Shown here: in pieces, positions 24,504 through 34,598 of the stretch
Layout of the letters: every line of letters begins with the position of its first letter
Numbering within the stretch: position 1 is the stretch's first letter
Assembly: GCA_950097015.1 (NCBI GenBank)
Contig: CATNEN010000038.1
Span: forward strand, 14,942,001 to 15,006,000
DNA length: 64,000 nucleotides
Source of the DNA: Macrostomum hystrix
Lineage: Eukaryota; Animalia; Platyhelminthes
Reading direction: 5' to 3'
Made by a program: the position numbers and the translations under genes
The notes under the pieces: model-generated
The model's input: the letters and a program-made list of their open reading frames with translations, nothing else
What the model was told of the DNA's origin: nothing
Databases searched by the model: none

Positions 24504-25373
24504 TTAAATGGTTTCGAGCTTCTTGAAACGTCTTTCGCCTCCCATGAACGGATCGTCGAGCTTCTTGAAACGTATTTCGCCTCCCATGAAAGGATCGTCG
24601 CGCTTCTTGAAACGTCTTTCGCCTCCCATGAACGGATCGTCGAGCTTCTTGAAACGTATTTCGCCTCCCATGAAAGGATCGTCGCGCTTCTTGAAACGTC
24701 TTTCGCCTCCCATGAACGGATCGTCGAGCTTCTTGAAACGTATTTCGCCTCCCATGAAAGGATCGTCGCGCTTCTTGAAACGTCTTTCGCCTCCCATGAA
24801 CGGATCGTCAAGCTTCTTGAAACGTCTTTCGCCTACCATGAATGGATCGTCGCGCTTCTTGAAACGTCTTTCGCCTCCCATGAACGGATCGTCGCGCTTC
24901 TTGAAACGTCTTTCGCCTCCCATGAACGGATCGTCGCGCTTCTTGAAACGTCTTTCGCCTCCCATGAAAGGATCGTCGCGCTTCTTCAAACGTCTTTCGC
25001 CTCCCATGAAAGGATCGTCGCGCTTCTTGAAACGTCTTTCGCCTCCCATGAACGGATCGTCGCGCTTCTTGAAACGTCTTTCGCCTCCCATGAACGGATC
25101 GTCGCGCTTCTTAAAGCGCCTGTCGCCTCCCATGAATGGATCGTCACGTTTCTTGAAGCGCCTGTCGCTTCCCATGAACGGATCGGCGCGTTTCTTGAAA
25201 CGTCTTCCGGCGCCCGTGAAGGGATTGAAATTGGAGTTCAAGTCGCCAGTTGCTAACCATTTAGACTTGACAGCTGCGTTGTCACGTTGATCAGGGTTGG
25301 CCTTTGCGAAGCTGATATTCACACCAGCGGCGACAAACGCAAGCAGCACTAGAAGGCTGATTCTATTTCTCAT
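24504..25373 (-). CDS. Secreted multi-copy neuropeptide-like prepropeptide (16 x xDPFMGGERRFKKR)
   Basis: Signal peptide MRNRISLLVLLAFVAAGVNISFA, short prosegment, then 14-aa units with RR and KKR convertase sites; synonymous variation between units; intronless; TATA-like TATATTTAAA ~100 nt upstream and AATAAA at 24282-24277. Confidence 0.88.
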   Translation of the reverse strand: MRNRISLLVLLAFVAAGVNISFAKANPDQRDNAAVKSKWLATGDLNSNFNPFTGAGRRFKKRADPFMGSDRRFKKRDDPFMGGDRRFKKRDDPFMGGERRFKKRDDPFMGGERRFKKRDDPFMGGERRLKKRDDPFMGGERRFKKRDDPFMGGERRFKKRDDPFMGGERRFKKRDDPFMVGERRFKKLDDPFMGGERRFKKRDDPFMGGEIRFKKLDDPFMGGERRFKKRDDPFMGGEIRFKKLDDPFMGGERRFKKRDDPFMGGEIRFKKLDDPFMGGERRFKKLETI

Positions 25374-25470
25374 ATTAAATGTTGGCTTTTTGAAAAGACT
25401 GAATGTTTTTTAAACAAAAAAACGACTTGCTCGCAAACTAGGAAAGATTTCAGTTTTCAGAGTGCTGAGA

Positions 25471-25550
25471 TTTAAATATATTTTGCCGGTTCCGTCTGTC
25501 TATTCGCTGTAGCTAAGCTGCAAACCTCAATAGGTACGCCAGCCAATCAG
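25471..25550 (-). promoter_or_regulatory. Candidate core promoter of the peptide precursor (TATA-like and CCAAT)
   Basis: TATATTTAAA (minus strand, 25480-25471) and AGCCAATCAG (25541-25550). Confidence 0.35.
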
Positions 25551-26034
25551 AATGTTTCTGCGAGTTAGTAACAGAAGAAATATTTAGAATGAGCAACAGA
25601 AGAAGAGGAGGCAGGGAAGGAGGGAAATGACAATGAGTGAAGAATGACAGATGATAACTACAATTGGCGTTTTTTCAAAAATTACCTTGTGTTTCTCTTA
25701 GCGTCTTTTTGATTTATTGACTAAAAATATGCAATAGAAGCTGCGTAAATGCCGATGAGGAAGAGAAATGGTGAATAAAAGTACCTAAATCCTTTGCCTA
25801 GCCTGTAACTATATCCTGTCAATCAAATTCGTTGATAATTCTATACAAGCGTATTACGGAAAAACCTAGTGGTTTGCTAAATTGAATGCATATTGTTTTA
25901 TGAAATACTCGTATGTTTTGTTCTTTAAAAAGTGACGTTTCTGCTGCATCAACAATGGATTGCTATTGCTAGTCACGATTTTTTTTCAAACTGATGCACT
26001 TCATCTGAGAGCATGAGGAAAATGTTTCAAGACA

Positions 26035-26922
26035 TTTCACCTGTCAATCAGTTTGAGAATCTGAAATCTCACCTGTCAATCAGTTTGAGAATCTAAAATC
26101 TCACCTGTCAATCAGTTTGAGAATCTGAAATCTCACCTGTCACTCAGTTTGAGAATCTGAAATCTCACCTGTCACTCAGTTTGAGAATCTAAAATCTCAC
26201 CTGTCACTCAGTTTGAGAATCTGAAATCTCACCTGTCACTCAGTTTGAGAATCTGAAATCTTACCTGTCAATCAGTGTGAGAATCTAAAATCTCACTTGT
26301 CAATCAGAGTGAGAATCTAAAATCTCACCTGTCAATCAGTTTGAGAATCTGAAATCTCACCTGTCACTCAGTTTGAGAATCTAAAATCTCACCTGTCAAT
26401 CAGTGTGAGAATCTGAAATCTCACCTGTCACTCAGTTTGAGAATCTGAAATCTCACCTGTCACTCAGTTTGAGAATCTGAAATCTCACCTGTCACTCAGT
26501 TTGAGAATCTAAAATCTCACCTGTCACTCAGTTTGAGAATCTGAAATCTCACCTGTCACTCAGTTTGAGAATCTAAAATCTCACTTGTCAATCAGAGTGA
26601 GAATCTAAAATCTCACCTGTCAATCAGTTTGAGAATCTGAAATCTCACCTGTCACTCAGTTTGAGAATCTAAAATCTCACCTGTCAATCAGTGTGAGAAT
26701 CTAAATCTCACCTGTCAATCAGTGTGAGAATCTAAATCTCACCTGTCAGTCAGTGTGAGAATCTAAAATCTCACCTGTCAATCAGTGTGAGAATCTGAAA
26801 TCTCACCTGTCACTCAGTTTGAGAATCTGAAATCTCACCTGTCAATCAGTTTGAGAATCTGAAATCTCACCTGTCACTCAGTTTGAGAATCTAAAATCTC
26901 ACTTGTCAATCAGAGTGAGAAT
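26035..26922. repeat. 32-bp minisatellite (AATCTCACCTGTCA[A/C]TCAGTTTGAGAATCT[G/A]A)n
   Basis: Tandem repeat, period 32. Confidence 0.95.
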
Positions 26923-27071
26923 AAGAATAAATCTGACATAGCCACAAAACATATTTTTGCTTTAATTACTTTGTAATTAACCACCATACTGCTTAATACA
27001 AGTCGAGAATGCTTTATTTAACTCAGTTTAAAACGTGTACAATACGATAATCCAATCAGAACATGAGCACA

Positions 27072-27518
27072 TCAAAAGGACATGCCGCCAGAGCCGCTAT
27101 AGTTTGGAGCGTTAGTGAGCAGACCCCTGGCACTGGGAATAGCAATGCAGACCTTCTTTAGCAGCAAGTTAATTTTTTCCAATTCGTCGTGATAATTTGG
27201 TCTGTCAGTGGCCAACGGGTCAAATTGATCAAGTGCATTTGAGAAGTCGTTTATTAGCTGGATAGCTTTGGGCTTGAGTCTTTGTTGCTGCTGCTGCTGC
27301 TGCTCTTCCAGTAACAGTCGGGCAAGCTCCTTACAATAGCCGATTTGGTAGCCAATTTTCGAGCCCTCAAATAGACCACGACTCCTCACTGACTGTCTGC
27401 TGACATCTTCGGGTAGGCCGCTAAACTGACTGCCTAGCTGGTAGCTCTCATTGTACTTGGCTTGTTCAAGCATTAGCACATTGTCAAATAACTCTTCGCT
27501 AGCGTTGCTAGGAGTCAT
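27072..27518 (-). CDS. LTO1: LTO1/ORAOV1 homolog (Yae1-Lto1 adaptor for Fe-S maturation of ABCE1)
   Basis: ELFDNVLMLEQ..., GLFEGSKIGYQIG (GX3 remnants), HDELEKI...KKVC, C-terminal GMSF; resembles human LTO1 (DIFDAIVM...GAKIGSEIG...HEDLDKI...GLSF) as recalled; intronless, 148 aa. Confidence 0.85.
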   Translation of the reverse strand: MTPSNASEELFDNVLMLEQAKYNESYQLGSQFSGLPEDVSRQSVRSRGLFEGSKIGYQIGYCKELARLLLEEQQQQQQQRLKPKAIQLINDFSNALDQFDPLATDRPNYHDELEKINLLLKKVCIAIPSARGLLTNAPNYSGSGGMSF

Positions 27519-27677
27519 AGCAACGGCAGTAACTGTTTCGTGCCGGTTGTTAGTCGACTGAAACTTAAAGAATTAGAAGAAATTCTAATGGTTTAAAACA
27601 AAAATAACTCAATATTTCAAGACATAACAATTTTCACTGATATAGACTTAATATTATACAGACTTAGAAGTTAAGCT

Positions 27678-28001
27678 CATAAATAAATAAATTTGCTGGA
27701 GGACTGCGGGGATCGTTTGGTGAATCATAGACCCGCAGCCAGCGAGGAGGCAATTCTGCCCATTTCGCTGACTCCTGAGCACACACGCACACAGATACTG
27801 TACGCAGGCACACGCTCATACAGGTGTGTACATCTGCCCTGACTTTCTCATCGTCAGGCAGTGTACACTTAAATTGCACAACAAGCCCCCAAGCCTTCTA
27901 TCCGTGGCTGCGCCCCAATTTAATGTGACCACGTCGCGGAATCGAGCTCAGGGACCTTGGTACGAGAGGCAAACCCGTTAGCCGCTGTGCCACTCAGCCC
28001 C
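27678..28001 (-). mobile_element. tRNA-derived SINE copy 3, 5'-complete, with 11-bp target-site duplication
   Basis: Head GGGGCTGAGTGGCACAGCGG, (TTTA)n tail; GAAGTTAAGCT at 27667-27677 and 28002-28012; ~40-bp internal deletion relative to the other copies. Confidence 0.92.
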
Positions 28002-28080
28002 GAAGTTAAGCTTGTCTACTTTTTTTTTTACTAAATCTCATTAATCTCGATTCTTGACTTAGTTCGTGAAAAAAAGCAAA

Positions 28081-28962
28081 TATACTCAGCAACATAAAAA
28101 ACCGCCACCCTAGAGGGAGGGGAACGGTTGATCTCAACTCACTGCCGCAAATTACGTAATGTGCACCTGACTGCAAGGAGAGCTACCGTGGGAGAGTGGG
28201 GTGGGTAAAGGGTTATCGCGAAGTTCAAAATGGATGATTTAGCACGCTCAGTCAAAATGCAGCTAACAAGTAACCAGTATTACTCGTTATCTCCAAAATG
28301 GTCCGCCACATGACCGATGGTGAACGATGGCGAGCCATAGGCATGCTTGAGGCCGGAATGTCCATTCCGAGCAGTAGCCTGTCGATTCGGCAGATCACAT
28401 TCGACGATTCGCAGCCTTATGCAGAAGTCCAGAGACACTGGCAAGTGTCGCGCACGCAAGTCGTGAAGTCCAGCGCCGTCATCTGCGCAGCACAGCAAGG
28501 GCTGATCGGCGACTGCTGCGAATTGTGAGGGGAAACCCCACCTTACCTGCCACATTGCTTCGACTCATCTGGGGTGAAAGAAGCAGGCGCGGGAACATCT
28601 TGAGCGCCCAAACAATTCGACGGAGAATTTGGACCGCTGCATGGGCTGCGCTGCCGGAAGATGCGCAAGCGACCCCGACTGACGCATGCTCACTGCGCCA
28701 CACGAGAGCTGTGGGCGATGCAGCGAATTCACTGGAGGCAGCAGTTATTTAATAACACACCCGAATTTCCATGCTACTGTCAGGTAGTTTGACTCTCTTT
28801 CGTTTCTCTGGTTACGGAGTCGGGGTGGGTGAGCAGAGTGCATTGCGTCATTCGCGGTTTTTCACCTCTCTCTCAGGTGCACATTGCGTCATTTGTGGTA
28901 GTGAGTTGAGATTAATCGTTTTCCTCGCTCTAGGGTGGCGGTTTTTAATGTTGCTGAGTATA
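28081..28962 (+). mobile_element. Internally deleted Tc1/mariner DNA transposon (non-autonomous)
   Basis: ~90-bp imperfect TIRs (TACTCAGCAACAT...GTGCACCTGA) flanked by TA. Frameshifted transposase remnants: ERWRAIGMLEAGMS / RAVACRFGRSHSTIRSL (HTH), RGNPTLPAT...SAQTIRRR, GLRCRKMRKRPRLTHAH...ELWA. DDE domain absent. Confidence 0.92.
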
Positions 28963-30491
28963 GCTAGAATAGGAGTTGAAAGCCATCTTTGATTAGCGTT
29001 TTATGATTATTCTGAACTGATTAGATGACGAAGCATTCAACTGCTTTCCGGACAGGTCTAGTTACTCCTCTGGTTTACCCGAGAGTTGCACAGTTTTTAT
29101 TTAGATTCCCGAGATCATGGGATAATGTATCTATGGTCAGGAATAATGTATCGAAAAAAGCTGCACATGCTTGCTTGATATCTGAAGCTGAAAAGAATCA
29201 GATTCATTTTCTGTATACAGAATTAAAAAATAAAACTTAAGATGCTTCTTGTGGATAATGGAATGCTTTCTAGAAATTTGATAACTTTGATACCGCGTGA
29301 GAGTATTCATTCAACATGACATTTTTATAAATTGCATGCAGTCCTTTTGGCTAGTTATGGTACAATGTTTTTTTAGCTTGCTTAATATCAAGATACAATT
29401 CTGAGCTCTCAGGGTTATTCAATAAAAAATTCATAAAGCTAAAATTCATATCTGTTATTAAAACGAAAGCTCTCAGGATACTACTCAAAGTAAACTCAGT
29501 AGTAATTCTGGCGATAATTTAGAAGACGAATAGTTAACAGTAGGACTACCAAGCCAATTCGCCGCCTGTTTTTATACCAAAGGGGGATTCCCACTGACAA
29601 TTTTTTTGCTGCACCCGAAAGGAGCCAGGCAAGCAAGCGAAACTAAAAAAAACGGGCCAACTTTTTGTTGGACATCTTCAGAAACAAGAATCAAGTCGCC
29701 AGCCCTTCAGACCATCGAGATATTCAAAGGTCTGAGTTTTCCAATAAGAGATAACTGTGCATTTCATACACGAATTTGCTCTGCGCCTCAGTGTGGCCTT
29801 GCCTGGCCTTCAAACTCTATCAGCACGTCACCCAAATGTGCCAGCGTCATCTCCGACTTCGGTGGACACCGACCTTTATCTAGACAGAGCTGCTGGACCT
29901 TCAAAAATTAGTAGTTGAGTGTAGCCAAATATTGAGGCTTGATCAGCGAAAGTAGAGAAATTCGAAGTAGGGTCTCCATAGTCCATTGTTGGCTACAGGC
30001 ACCCTGCTGACAGTGCTGACAGTGTCAGGATGGTGACTGACTAGTTGAAAGACTAAGCGAGGGTGTCCTGTGCTGTGGTTTAACTTTGCTCAATATTGAG
30101 GCTTGATCAGAAAATGAGAGAAATGTGCATCAGGGCGCCCATAGTCAGCTGGTGCCACTTGTTGAAGGGGAGATAATTCTTAGAGTGGAAGATGTACCCT
30201 TGGTAGATTAATAATCAACAAAAATAAGTAAAATCTGCAAAATTTAATGAGCACAAGATAGTTTATATACTGAAATTTATTAGATCTTTTAAATGCATAC
30301 AGTTGCTTCAAACTTGTTTCACAAAAAGAAAAATAAAAGTAAGTTTTACTGATTCAAATGTAGAAAAAAATCGACAAGTTCATTTTTGTTTAGCTATTAA
30401 TTATGGACTGGTTTAGTGATTTCTGGTTCGTATAAGAATTAAAATAATAATTTATTACCTGAGCAATGATGACATCCTCATATATATTTTT

Positions 30492-30626
30492 ATATTTCAT
30501 TTTACATTAGGGCCTAGTTAATGTGTTAGGAACATTTTTATGCCTGGTCCCTGTATATATAATATATATATATAAATAAATTAAGTTCCTAACACATTAA
30601 GTAGGCCCTAATGTAAAATTAAATAT
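30492..30626. repeat. 42-bp inverted repeat around an AT-rich spacer (hairpin/MITE-like)
   Basis: 30492-30533 is the reverse complement of 30585-30626 at 40/42 positions. Confidence 0.8.
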
Positions 30627-31273
30627 CTATTCATTAAGAAATAAATAACACAAATATAACATTTCAATGAGAATAGATGCAATTGTGTGTCATTTTAAGC
30701 CTAGAAATGTAATTACAACCAATACTGTTTGTATGATTAAAAAATTATTATACTTTATGTTGCATAATATTTCATCTAGCCGTACTTTAAAACTTTTTTT
30801 CTTGTGAATTTGACTATACATGGCGTGAGATGTTAATGAAGTTTCGTATGGTTGTGGTAATACTTTATATATTGTAGGGAATCAAAACTCTCGATTCGAC
30901 GATTCTTACATAGTTCCAAGAAAGAAAATATTTCAAAGTCGAGCGTTTTTAGGTACGAAGTAAAACATCATAAGTCACATGCCATTCGTATTGTTATGAG
31001 CCAGTAAATATTTGCAGCTTTCTTGCGGTGCCTATCAATAATAACATTAATGATACTATAGACATTTTTATATATCAGTCGAACCCTGTACTCGTATTCA
31101 TCTGGGGGTTCACGTGGTTCGCTTGGAATTACACTTAGCTAAGCTTAGGCCCTACTGTACTATTTATAGATATATTAAACTGTTCAACTATTCGCGTCTC
31201 TTGGACATTTCAATTTTAAGTTTTATTGCTTTTCTGAATAAAATAAGTTGCTATACATATCAGCTGATTAAAA

Positions 31274-31323
31274 ATGTCAAATCATACTGTTTTATATGTC
31301 AGCAATATCGCTAACAAAGCAAG
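31274..31323 (+). CDS. SRSF10: SRSF10/SRSF12-like SR splicing factor, exon 1 (RNP2)
   Basis: MSNHTVLYVSNIANKA-AG|GTGAGT, phase 2. Model 31274-31323, 32670-32774, 32917-33099, 34388-34598 = 549 nt, 182 aa. Confidence 0.8.
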
Positions 31324-32669
31324 GTGAGTTTCACTTTATAGTGCCATTGTGTCATGCTAAATATAATATGAGCCTTTTATAATATGTAATGTCAGAACTG
31401 AGAATCTGGCGTCTCAAGACACAATTAGTGGGAGAATCAGGAACCTCAGATCAAAATTAGTTTGATAAATTTACAGGTTGGGAATTTTTAGCCAAGCTGG
31501 CATAGATTTAATTAATGATTTTTTTCAAAGAAGTATGTAGCAATTTTGTTGTTGCTTAAGTGATGTGCCATTTTATTCTTTGGTATTGTGCAGCTTACTT
31601 TTGTTACTATTAGCTGCTACAGCCTAAGACAATGTCTGTGTTAGTAAGAACTAACACAAAAACTAGCATTTACAGCTCTAGATAATTTGTTATCTATTAA
31701 GTAATAATTGATAAATAGCTGACCTAACTAATAATAAAAATAGGCTAACTAATAATATAAAATAATGTATGGCAAACTTTGGTTCCTTGCTTTAAATTAT
31801 TTGACCACCTTTTTGCACAGGTTAGGCCTACTTTACTTACAATATGTTTGCTAACCATCTGACTGTCTAAACATGAATAATTCTGCACTTCCTAGACCTA
31901 AACATGAAAATGCATAAATAAATTTATGTACCATAAATTGTATATGAAAAACTCTGCAAGGGAAAGGCCAACTTTTTGGACATAAATGAAATTGTAATAT
32001 AAGGCCTATAAATTTGTAATATTTGACCATACAGAAACTGTAAACTGAACTTCAATGATAACCTATTCAAGACTTGCCTCTAAAGCCAAGTACTTGTGGC
32101 AACTGTATTTCCCCAAATGGCTATCCTATTAAGGTAAGGATGGGTTATAAAAGCTTAGGCATCTCTGTTAAGCAACATAGCATCAGTTTGACAATACCCT
32201 ATACTAGATTGTATATACTATTCATGATAATAGGCCTACAAGGATCTCAATGATAATTTAGACTTATAACTCATAACTCACAAGGAAAATGTGGCATTTA
32301 TTATATTATTCTTTTTTTAACTCACTTGACTTAAGATATGTTGTTTAGATTTATTATGGTTATAAATGTGCAAAAACAGTTATAATATTTTTGAACTCAA
32401 AATTCAAAGCTATGCCCAAATATGATGTGCAAGGAAAATATAATATAAATAAAACTAATTTTTTAGCTAGATAGCTTAGTAAGTAAAACATGTTAAAGAT
32501 AAAGTTTTTAGTTATACAAGCAAATAAAAAACTATGATTACTAATGTTCTCGAAAATTTGCTATAGCTAGCCACAGTTCAAGCCTTTGCATAAAAATTAA
32601 TATAATTTGACATGGCTTCAATTTTCAAGCTACAACTTGCACCTGACACCTTTTATTTTTTTTCAACAG

Positions 32670-32774
32670 ACGCGATGATATTCAACACTACTTCTCCAAG
32701 TATGGCAATATTTATGACATCTGCATTCCGCTGGACTACCACACTGGCAGGATGAAAGGCTACGCATTTGTGGA
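32670..32774 (+). CDS. SRSF10: SRSF10/12-like exon 2 (RRM, RNP1)
   Basis: RDDIQHYFSKYGNIYDICIPLDYHTGRMKGYAFVE; the PLD(F/Y) motif is typical of SRSF10/12; ends at U12 donor ATATCCTT. Confidence 0.9.
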
Positions 32775-32916
32775 ATATCCTTTTTCTCTTAAATTAGACA
32801 ATGCAGCTACTTTTAGTAGTATTGTATCAGTATTACAGCAATTATTTTGTAAAGTATAAAAAACTACAACAAAATTGAATTTCCTTAACTATTTTTATCA
32901 ACAAACAATGCTACAC
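32775..32916 (+). other. U12-type (minor spliceosome) AT-AC intron
   Basis: 5' ATATCCTTT, branch site TTCCTTAAC (32881-32889), 3' ...CTACAC; removal restores the frame (VE|FKHSSDA). Confidence 0.92.
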
Positions 32917-33099
32917 GTTTAAGCACTCTAGCGATGCTAAGGAGGCTTACAAGCGCCTAGACAAGACAGAATTTCTAGGCCGCGTCATTGATATTGAATT
33001 TGCGCGGGGACGTAAACGCACTCCAGCTGAAATGATGCGCCTGGAGTCTGTCGCTGGGCACGGAGGCGGCGATAGCGGCCATATTGGAAAGAGCAGTCG
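32917..33099 (+). CDS. SRSF10: SRSF10/12-like exon 3 (RRM C-half)
   Basis: FKHSSDAKEAYKRLDKTEFLGRVIDIEFARGRKRTPAEM, matching the SRSF10 IEIQFAQGDRKTP pattern. Confidence 0.9.
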
Positions 33100-33119
33100 G
33101 TAGGACTTGTATGACCCGT

Positions 33120-34355
33120 ATTGTCTCATCCTTGGTCAGATTCCCATGTTGCATTGTCTCATTTCATTCATCAGATTCCCATGTTGCATTGCCTCATTTC
33201 ATTCATCTGATTCCCATGTTGCATTGCCTCATTTCATTCATCAGATTCCCATGTTGAATTGTCTCATTTCATTCATCAGATTCCCATGTTGCATTGCCTC
33301 ATTTCATTCATCAGATTCCCATGTTGCATTGCCTCATTTCATTCATCTGATTCCCATGTTGCATTGCCTCATTTCATTCATCAGATTCCCATGTTGAATT
33401 GTCTCATTTCAGTCATCAGATTCCCATGTTGAATTGCCTCATTTCATTCATCTGATTCCCATGTTGCATTGCCTCATTTCATTCATCAGATTCCCATGTT
33501 GAATTGTCTCATTTCAGTCATCAGATTCCCATGTTGCATTGCCTCATTTCATTCATCAGATTCCCATGTTGAATTGTCTCATTTCAGTCATCAGATTCCC
33601 ATGTTGAATTGTCTCATTTCAGTCATCAGATTCCCATGTTGAATTGTCTCATTTCAGTCATCAGATTCCCATGTTGAATTGCCTCATTTCATTCATCAGA
33701 TTCCCATGTTGCATTGCCTCATTTCATTCATCAGATTCCCATGTTGAATTGTCTCATTTCAGTCATCAGATTCCCATGTTGCATTGCCTCATTTCATTCA
33801 TCAGATTCCCATGTTGAATTGTCTCATTTCAGTCATCAGATTCCCATGTTGAATTGTCTCATTTCAGTCATCAGATTCCCATGTTGAATTGTCTCATTTC
33901 AGTCATCAGATTCCCATGTTGAATTGTCTCATTTCAGTCATCAGATTCCCATGTTGAATTGTCTCATTTCAGTCATCAGATTCCCATGTTGAATTGTCTC
34001 ATTTCAGTCATCAGATTCCCATGTTGCTTGTCTCTTCGTCCGATCAGATTCCCATGTTGCATTGTCTCTTCGTCCGATCAGATTCCCATGTTGCATTGTC
34101 TCTTCGTCCGATCAGATTCCCATGTTGCATTGTCTCTTCGTCCGATCAGATTCCCATGTTGCTTGTCTCTTCGTCCGATCAGATTCCCATGTTGCATTGT
34201 CTCTTCGTCCGATCAGATTCCCATGTTGCATTGTCTCTTCGTCCGATCAGATTCCCATGTTGCATTGTCTCTTCGTCCGATCAGATTCCCATGTTGCTTG
34301 TCTCTTCGTCCGATCAGATTCCCATGTTGCTTGTCTCTTCGTCCGATCAGATTCA
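33120..34355. repeat. Intronic 35-bp minisatellite switching to a 33-34-bp variant (TCAGATTCCCATGTTG...)
   Basis: Tandem repeat filling almost all of intron 3. Confidence 0.95.
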
Positions 34356-34387
34356 AATGCTGCCAAATTTTCGCCCCCCTTAAGCAG

Positions 34388-34598
34388 ACGTTCTCGAAGT
34401 CGCTCACGCCGCAGTCGTTCGGCCGAATCTCCCAGACGCTCGGAGGACGCCAAGGCTAAAACTAAGCATCATTCGTCACGACGGCCCGCTAGTCCCGTGT
34501 CTTCCTCTTCGCGCCAGAAAAACAGTCGCTCATTCCGTCGGAATTGGGACGAAGATCGGAAAGAGAGGTCGCGTTCCGGATCTGTCGACTCTCGTTGA
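34388..34598 (+). CDS. SRSF10: SRSF10/12-like last exon (RS domain)
   Basis: AAG/CAG acceptor; RSRSRSRRSRSAESPRRS...RSRSGSVDSR*. Confidence 0.85.

Noticed and set aside
24498-25290. Plus-strand and alternative-frame ORFs over the peptide precursor
   Set aside because: Shadows of the 42-bp repeat; only the minus-strand frame has a signal peptide and processing sites
27820-27870. Hammerhead-like core in the SINE (CTGACGA-TGA-GAAA-GTC on the minus strand; also CTCAGGAG-TCAG-CGAAA)
   Set aside because: Core nucleotides are in order but there is no room for stems II and III, and the second has CUCA instead of CUGA; a simple hairpin explains the sequence
29650-29735. GQLFVGHL RNP2-like stretch as SRSF10 exon 1
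   Set aside because: No start codon or phase-compatible donor; 31274-31323 fits much better
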